From Parcubacteria group bacterium (GTDB taxonomy: Bacteria > Patescibacteriota > Minisyncoccia > Moranbacterales > GCA-2747515), in NCBI GenBank assembly GCA_041660065.1, contig JBAZXC010000005.1, positions 292 through 64,291 of the forward strand: 64,000 nt of DNA, given 5' to 3'. The translations under genes were made by a program, and so were the position numbers. Below, piece by piece: positions 59,427 through 64,000 of this stretch. Each line of letters opens with the position of its first letter. The first letter of the stretch is position 1. The notes beneath the pieces are model-generated. The model had not been told where the DNA came from, did not search any database, and worked only from the letters and a program-made list of their open reading frames with translations.

Positions 59427-60251
59427 ATGAATGAACAAAAAATTCCGATGATCGATTCACATATGCATCTTCATGATGTGAAGTTTGATCATGATCGCGT
59501 GGATGTGATCGCACGCGCGCATGATGCGGGCATGGTGCAGATGATCACTGTGGGGACAAATCAAGAGTCATCACAACGTGCTGTGGATCTCGCGCATGCG
59601 GAGAAAGACGTTTTTGCGACAATCGGGTTGCACCCGCTTCATCTTTTTTCTGCGAGCAATTGTGATCCGGAAGAGCAGTTCATCGAAGAATTTGATCATG
59701 ATTTTTATTATTCACTTGCGCAAGATGATCGCGTGGTGGCGATTGGGGAAGTTGGTTTGGATTATCACCATTTTGGAGAGGGAGATGATATAGAGATGAT
59801 CAAGGAAAAGCAACGAGAGGTTTTCAAAGAATGTATTGTAATGTGCAATGACGTCCGCAAGCCGATCGTGGTGCACTGCTGGGATGGGTATGAAGAACTT
59901 GTCGATATTTTGACACAATTTCCGGTAGAAAAACGTGGTGTGATCCACAGTTATATCGGCAGTTGGAAAAATGCGGAGAAATTCATTGCACTGGGCTACA
60001 AGATCGGGGTGAATGGAATCGTGACATATGGGGACTCTTACGATAAATTATTGCGTAATATTGATTTGAAAGATCTCCTTATCGAGACAGATTGCCCTTA
60101 TCTACCACCGCGCCCATTGCCACGCGAAAACCGCTGTGAACCACGCGATGTGTATTATGTTGCACAAAAGATCGCCGATGTAAAAGACCTGTCAACAGAA
60201 GAAATATTGCAGACAACAACAAAAAATGCCAAAGAAGTTTTCCATATTTAG
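59427..60251 (+). CDS. tatD: TatD-family deoxyribonuclease
   Basis: IDSHMH, GLHP, AIGEVGLDY, VVH, VIHSY, ETDCPYL. Confidence 0.93.
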   Translation: MNEQKIPMIDSHMHLHDVKFDHDRVDVIARAHDAGMVQMITVGTNQESSQRAVDLAHAEKDVFATIGLHPLHLFSASNCDPEEQFIEEFDHDFYYSLAQDDRVVAIGEVGLDYHHFGEGDDIEMIKEKQREVFKECIVMCNDVRKPIVVHCWDGYEELVDILTQFPVEKRGVIHSYIGSWKNAEKFIALGYKIGVNGIVTYGDSYDKLLRNIDLKDLLIETDCPYLPPRPLPRENRCEPRDVYYVAQKIADVKDLSTEEILQTTTKNAKEVFHI

Positions 60252-60313
60252 ACAGGTCTTTCCTTGATTTTGTAAATTTGTTGTATAATGAGAGCACAGA
60301 GAATAATTTAGGC

Positions 60314-61168
60314 ATGACAAAATTTTTTATGGAAGGAAATAGGGAATTTAATAGTCCACAACCAGATAATGATTCTCAGAAAGAGCAATTGCAACAGGAA
60401 AAGGAATCGATGAGAAAAAGAGTGGAGGCTTTGCGAGAGACTGACAGTCCGTATGATGACTCCGTCTATAATATTGCAGAAAAGGAAGGAGACTACAGAA
60501 AAGTATTATCTCGTGGGAATATACCAAGCGTGACAGCTGAGGAGTTGGCGAATCTCTATTCCAATGAAACATTGGAAAAGATCGAAGCGGAAAAAGCTAA
60601 ATGGATCGATGATCTGACGGGATTGCAAAATCGAACGGCATTTGTACATGAAGTGAAAAAATATCTTACGCTTGAAAAGCGAACGGAAAGTGAAGTTGCT
60701 TTTCTTATGATCGACTTCGATCATTTTAAAAGAGTGAATGATGAGCAAGGTCATGATGCGGGCGATGTTGCATTAGAGAAAATTGCACGAATTATTGATA
60801 GGACAGTGCGTGATTCCGATATCGTATATCGTTATGGAGGAGAAGAATTTATGGTGCTTTTGCCAAATACGGATTCACGATCAGCTCTCATATTGGCTGA
60901 ACGTATACGATCTTCAGTAGAAAATTCAGATATTACAGTTACTGATAATGAAGGAAAAGAAGTGACTTTAAAAAAGACGGTGAGCATAGGTTGTGTGGGC
61001 ACAGATCAAATTGCAGATTGGCAGGATTTGAGTAAAAAAGATATGGAACAACTGTTGAATAAGATCACAAACTTTGCGGATCGAGCGATGTACACCTCAA
61101 AGATTTGTGGAAGGAATCGTGTGACGCTGTTTGATGAAACGTTGGTTGATGTCGCAAAAAAGAAATAA
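60314..61168 (+). CDS. Diguanylate cyclase (GGDEF domain)
   Basis: D.LTGL.NR, D.DHFK.VND..GH..GD, RDSD I-site, RYGGEEF, AD.AMY..K..GRNRV; start 60314 or 60329. Confidence 0.93.
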   Translation: MTKFFMEGNREFNSPQPDNDSQKEQLQQEKESMRKRVEALRETDSPYDDSVYNIAEKEGDYRKVLSRGNIPSVTAEELANLYSNETLEKIEAEKAKWIDDLTGLQNRTAFVHEVKKYLTLEKRTESEVAFLMIDFDHFKRVNDEQGHDAGDVALEKIARIIDRTVRDSDIVYRYGGEEFMVLLPNTDSRSALILAERIRSSVENSDITVTDNEGKEVTLKKTVSIGCVGTDQIADWQDLSKKDMEQLLNKITNFADRAMYTSKICGRNRVTLFDETLVDVAKKK

Positions 61169-61221
61169 AGGCGCAAAAAACACCTTCCTCGCACGGCGAG
61201 AGAAGGTGTTTCGTATTGTGA

Positions 61222-61569
61222 TCAGTGCGTCAGTTCTTTTTCATTGAGAATTCTCTCAATAGTGTCGGCAGAGGAAAAGATCCTCTCGACAGTTGCACGA
61301 AATCGCCCAAGTGAGCAATGATTGATGCGGAGCACACAATAAGGACGTTGATCCATGTGATCTTTTGCATCTGTGAGATGGATGAATATAAATCCCTCAT
61401 ACGGTCGCGCGGATTTTTTGTAAAGCCGCTGCGGATCCTTGATCTTTCGGCAGTAGACCTTCAATGCAATGTGGGTAAATCCACAAAAATTTGCGAGAAG
61501 ATCAGTAGGAATTGCAGCTTTTTTCCTTTTGATAACTTGGGCGCGACGTAGCATTTTGGGTTCAGGCAT
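61222..61569 (-). CDS. Orphan basic protein, paralog of 61693-62031
   Basis: AAGGAG SD before ATG 61569; promoter TTGACA-17-TATGCT (61648-61620). Confidence 0.68.
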   Translation of the reverse strand: MPEPKMLRRAQVIKRKKAAIPTDLLANFCGFTHIALKVYCRKIKDPQRLYKKSARPYEGFIFIHLTDAKDHMDQRPYCVLRINHCSLGRFRATVERIFSSADTIERILNEKELTH

Positions 61570-61692
61570 ACAGAGCTCCTTTGTTGGAATGATGGTAAAA
61601 AACGGGTTTTTATGATATGAGCATAATGCCAATCACTTTCTGTGTCAATAAAGTAAAACCCGTATCGTGTTCGATGCGGGTTTTGTAGGGGT

Positions 61693-62031
61693 TTAATTGA
61701 ATGCGCGTACAAGAGAATTATCCATATTTGTCGTGAGGCCGCGCACGTAACTTGCAAAATTTCTCCGTGTCATGCGTTTGATCTCGATCGTTCGTACAGG
61801 TTTTGCGTGTACGATGCCATTTTCTCTAGCGAGAAAGATGAATACAAAACCGAGAACTCTGCGAGATGTAATGAGCTTTCCTTTTGTGCTTTGTTTCTTC
61901 ACGCGTTTGTGATATGCGCAGATCTGGAAATGCGTCCATTTGGGAAAGCGTGAAACTATTTCAGTGGGAATAATGGGACATTCCGCATACACACACGCTT
62001 TTTCCAGAGCTTCCTTTCGAAGTAATGTCAT
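61693..62031 (-). CDS. Orphan basic protein, paralog of 61222-61569
   Basis: GAGGAG SD; hairpin 61655-61684 after the stop; shared IPT, TH and GF.FI.L motifs. Confidence 0.68.
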   Translation of the reverse strand: MTLLRKEALEKACVYAECPIIPTEIVSRFPKWTHFQICAYHKRVKKQSTKGKLITSRRVLGFVFIFLARENGIVHAKPVRTIEIKRMTRRNFASYVRGLTTNMDNSLVRAFN

Positions 62032-62176
62032 CGGTTACTCCTCATGTTTTGTGCATTATTGCATTTGTAAATGAACCGGATAATAAAAAAATCGCACGAC
62101 GCGAATTTTTTGTGTTGTATATTTTTATAAACACAAAAACCTCAAAAAGAGATTTTTATGTTTATTGTGCTGGAGA

Positions 62177-62210
62177 CCCTCCTTCGCCGAAGGCTTCGGC
62201 AGGGCGAGGG
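62177..62210 (+). repeat. Palindromic repeat related to the polA insertion
   Basis: CCCTCCTTCGCCGAAGGCTTCGGCAGGGCGAGGG. Confidence 0.65.
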
Positions 62211-62234
62211 ATGATTTATGTATTTTTGTATTTG

Positions 62235-62318
62235 TGCTGGAGAGAGGACTTGAACCTCCACAGGATTGCTCCCGCCAGGGCCTAAACCTGGTGCGTCTAC
62301 CAATTCCGCCACCCCAGC
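62235..62318 (-). tRNA. tRNA-Leu (anticodon TAG), CCA not encoded
   Basis: GCTGGGGTGGCGGAATTGGTAGACGCACCAGG-TTTAGGC-CCTGG, long variable arm, GGTTCAAGTCC, CTCCAGCA. Confidence 0.96.
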
Positions 62319-62424
62319 ATGGTGCTTCTGGAGAACAAAACAATCATATCAAAAAATGATGGCTGTGTCTAGTATAAAACGGTACTATTTCAAAAAAGAC
62401 GCAGGACAAAGCATCTTTGGGATA

Positions 62425-62721
62425 CTAGTGTATAAGTCCCTTCACGCGAGTCGCTTCTTGTTCCAGAGCGGGAGACTCTTCATATTCGCCGTGATGGCGG
62501 GTATCGTCACCGTAGGTGTATTTTTTGTGGTCAATGTGAAAACTGATATTGAGATCGCGTCCGGTGAGTGTCACATACATGTGGAATCGTGGAAAACCAC
62601 TACTGCCCATGATACGGACAAAGCTCATCTCGTTGTCTGCTGTATAGTGTTGAAATGTATATCCGGCACGTCGCAATGCCACGGCAGGATTTGTGGAAAT
62701 GTTTGGAATTGTGAAACGCAT
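62425..62721 (-). CDS. Small hypothetical protein
   Basis: 98-aa ORF with LRRAGY, FPRFH.Y, H.D...H.GEY motifs; fills the gap between cca and the tRNA. Confidence 0.7.
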   Translation of the reverse strand: MRFTIPNISTNPAVALRRAGYTFQHYTADNEMSFVRIMGSSGFPRFHMYVTLTGRDLNISFHIDHKKYTYGDDTRHHGEYEESPALEQEATRVKGLIH

Positions 62722-62726
62722 AAAAT

Positions 62727-62827
62727 TAGTATGTTAGTATATTAGACTTGTAGTATTGTAGTATATGAATTTTTAAATTTATTTTTTTTAGTCTACTTTT
62801 CTAAAAGTCTATTCGTCTACCCATCTA
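62727..62827. repeat. Second inverted pair of 5x8-bp periodic arrays
   Basis: TAG at 62727, 62735, 62743, 62751, 62759; TCTA at 62792, 62800, 62808, 62816, 62824. Confidence 0.7.
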
Positions 62828-64000
62828 GCTGACCCAATGTTTTTTCTTGATGTCTTGATCTTCTTCACATCTTTTTTCCTCGATCTTATCCTTTGCAAGA
62901 TTTACCAGTGTAGCAAGGTTTTCATCTTTTAACAAGAGTGCGCGCGCAGAAAGTTGCTCCAGTGTGTTCTTTGCAGGGTTATCGATCACTTCAGCGAGAA
63001 GTACGTTCAGAATTGCACCAATCTGGGGTCCGGGAGTGAATTTGAGGTCTTTGATCATGATATCACCGTTGAGCTTGAGCATTTTGACGCTGACGGGGTC
63101 ATGGGATACTTTGTCGATCATGTATTCAAAATGGCGCAATTTATAGGGTTTTGCCTTTTTTGTGCCCGAACCGAGTCTGTCTCCGATGCGTACGTCCATG
63201 AGATCTTTCATATTTTCCAATCCGACTTTGGTGATGATACGGCGTACTGCTGTTTCCGTCACTTCGTCCACACTGTAGTAGAACATGTGGTTGCGCACCA
63301 GCAGAACTGTTTTATCGATTACTTTTTTAGGGAATTTCAAACGATGAAGAATTGTTTTGGTCATGCGAGCACTGATGTATTCATGGTTATAGAAAGTGCA
63401 ATCGCGTCCGGTACCTTGTTTGGCTTCCGGCTTGCCGATGTCGTGAAAAAGAGTTGCGAGACGCACCTCCAATTTTTTGCTCGGGCATGTTTGCACTGCT
63501 TGGAGACTGTGCTCCCATACAGTCAGTGTATGGTGGTGATTTTGCTCGACGTCGACCCCATGTATGAGTTCGGGGAGAAAATGCGTGAGGAGGCCAGTGT
63601 CATAGAGCATTTGTATGCCGTGTGCCACATGATCGCTCATGACGATCTTGGTGAATTCATCTCGGATGCGTTCCATAGAAACGTGCATAAGCAAAGCATC
63701 TTTTTCTTTGATTGCGTTGAAAGTGTTTTCTTCAATAGTGAAATTCAACCGTGCGGCAAATCGTACGGCACGGATCATGCGCAGGGCATCCTCTTCAAAG
63801 CGTTCTTGCGGATCGCCGACACAGCGGATGATGTGATCACGCGTGTCTTTTTGCCCGTCAAATGGGTCGATGAGGTTGTTGTTGATATCAAGTGCGAGTG
63901 CATTCATCGTAAAGTCTCTACGAGAAAGATCTTCCATGAGCGTCTTGGCAAATTGCACATCATCCGGTCGTCTGCGATCGGAATATGTGGATTCAATGCG
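62825..64000 (-). CDS. cca: CCA tRNA nucleotidyltransferase with HD domain (5' part outside the window)
   Basis: DLSRRDFTMNALA, EDALRMIRAVRF, ERIRDE, HDIGK; frame open to the window edge. Confidence 0.9.
   Translation of the reverse strand, partial: RIESTYSDRRRPDDVQFAKTLMEDLSRRDFTMNALALDINNNLIDPFDGQKDTRDHIIRCVGDPQERFEEDALRMIRAVRFAARLNFTIEENTFNAIKEKDALLMHVSMERIRDEFTKIVMSDHVAHGIQMLYDTGLLTHFLPELIHGVDVEQNHHHTLTVWEHSLQAVQTCPSKKLEVRLATLFHDIGKPEAKQGTGRDCTFYNHEYISARMTKTILHRLKFPKKVIDKTVLLVRNHMFYYSVDEVTETAVRRIITKVGLENMKDLMDVRIGDRLGSGTKKAKPYKLRHFEYMIDKVSHDPVSVKMLKLNGDIMIKDLKFTPGPQIGAILNVLLAEVIDNPAKNTLEQLSARALLLKDENLATLVNLAKDKIEEKRCEEDQDIKKKHWVS

Noticed and set aside
1-64000. CRISPR array, prophage, integrase or IS transposase
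   Set aside because: No regularly spaced repeat-spacer array and no ORF with recognisable cas, phage, recombinase or transposase motifs.
1-64000. Alternative genetic code (TGA as Gly/Trp)
   Set aside because: Conserved genes are full length in code 11 and several end at TGA (e.g. ruvC, manA, NUDIX).

Overview
A 64-kb chromosomal segment around the replication origin of a small-genome bacterium. Gene content and style (tandem-ATPase PilB, degenerate DHH protein, TrmB-type regulators, short MetG, core genes without Shine-Dalgarno sites, standard code with TGA as stop) suggest Patescibacteria/CPR, Parcubacteria-like; this is inference, not a database result. The core is a glycan cluster, jag-yidC-rnpA-rpmH, oriC, dnaA-dnaN-dciA, PBP1A, ruvA/B/C, polA, holA, rpsT, rsmI, metG, recQ, tatD, tRNA-Leu(TAG) and a CCA-adding enzyme. 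Most interesting: (1) a stand-alone, promoter- and terminator-bounded multi-helix RNA of about 270 nt at 26.2-26.45 kb that matches no housekeeping RNA I recognise; (2) a six-gene operon with three ATP-grasp ligases, a GT4, a 7TM protein and two peptidase domains (RimB-like and DUF1704/MATCAP-like); (3) about ten orphan genes, most in self-contained cassettes with a near-consensus promoter, boxA-like leader, strong SD and terminator, including two tandem paralog pairs; (4) several hairpin-repeat families at cassette junctions, plus two inverted 5x8-bp periodic arrays; (5) structured leaders before rpsT and a small membrane protein. All calls are by eye, without searches or folding software.
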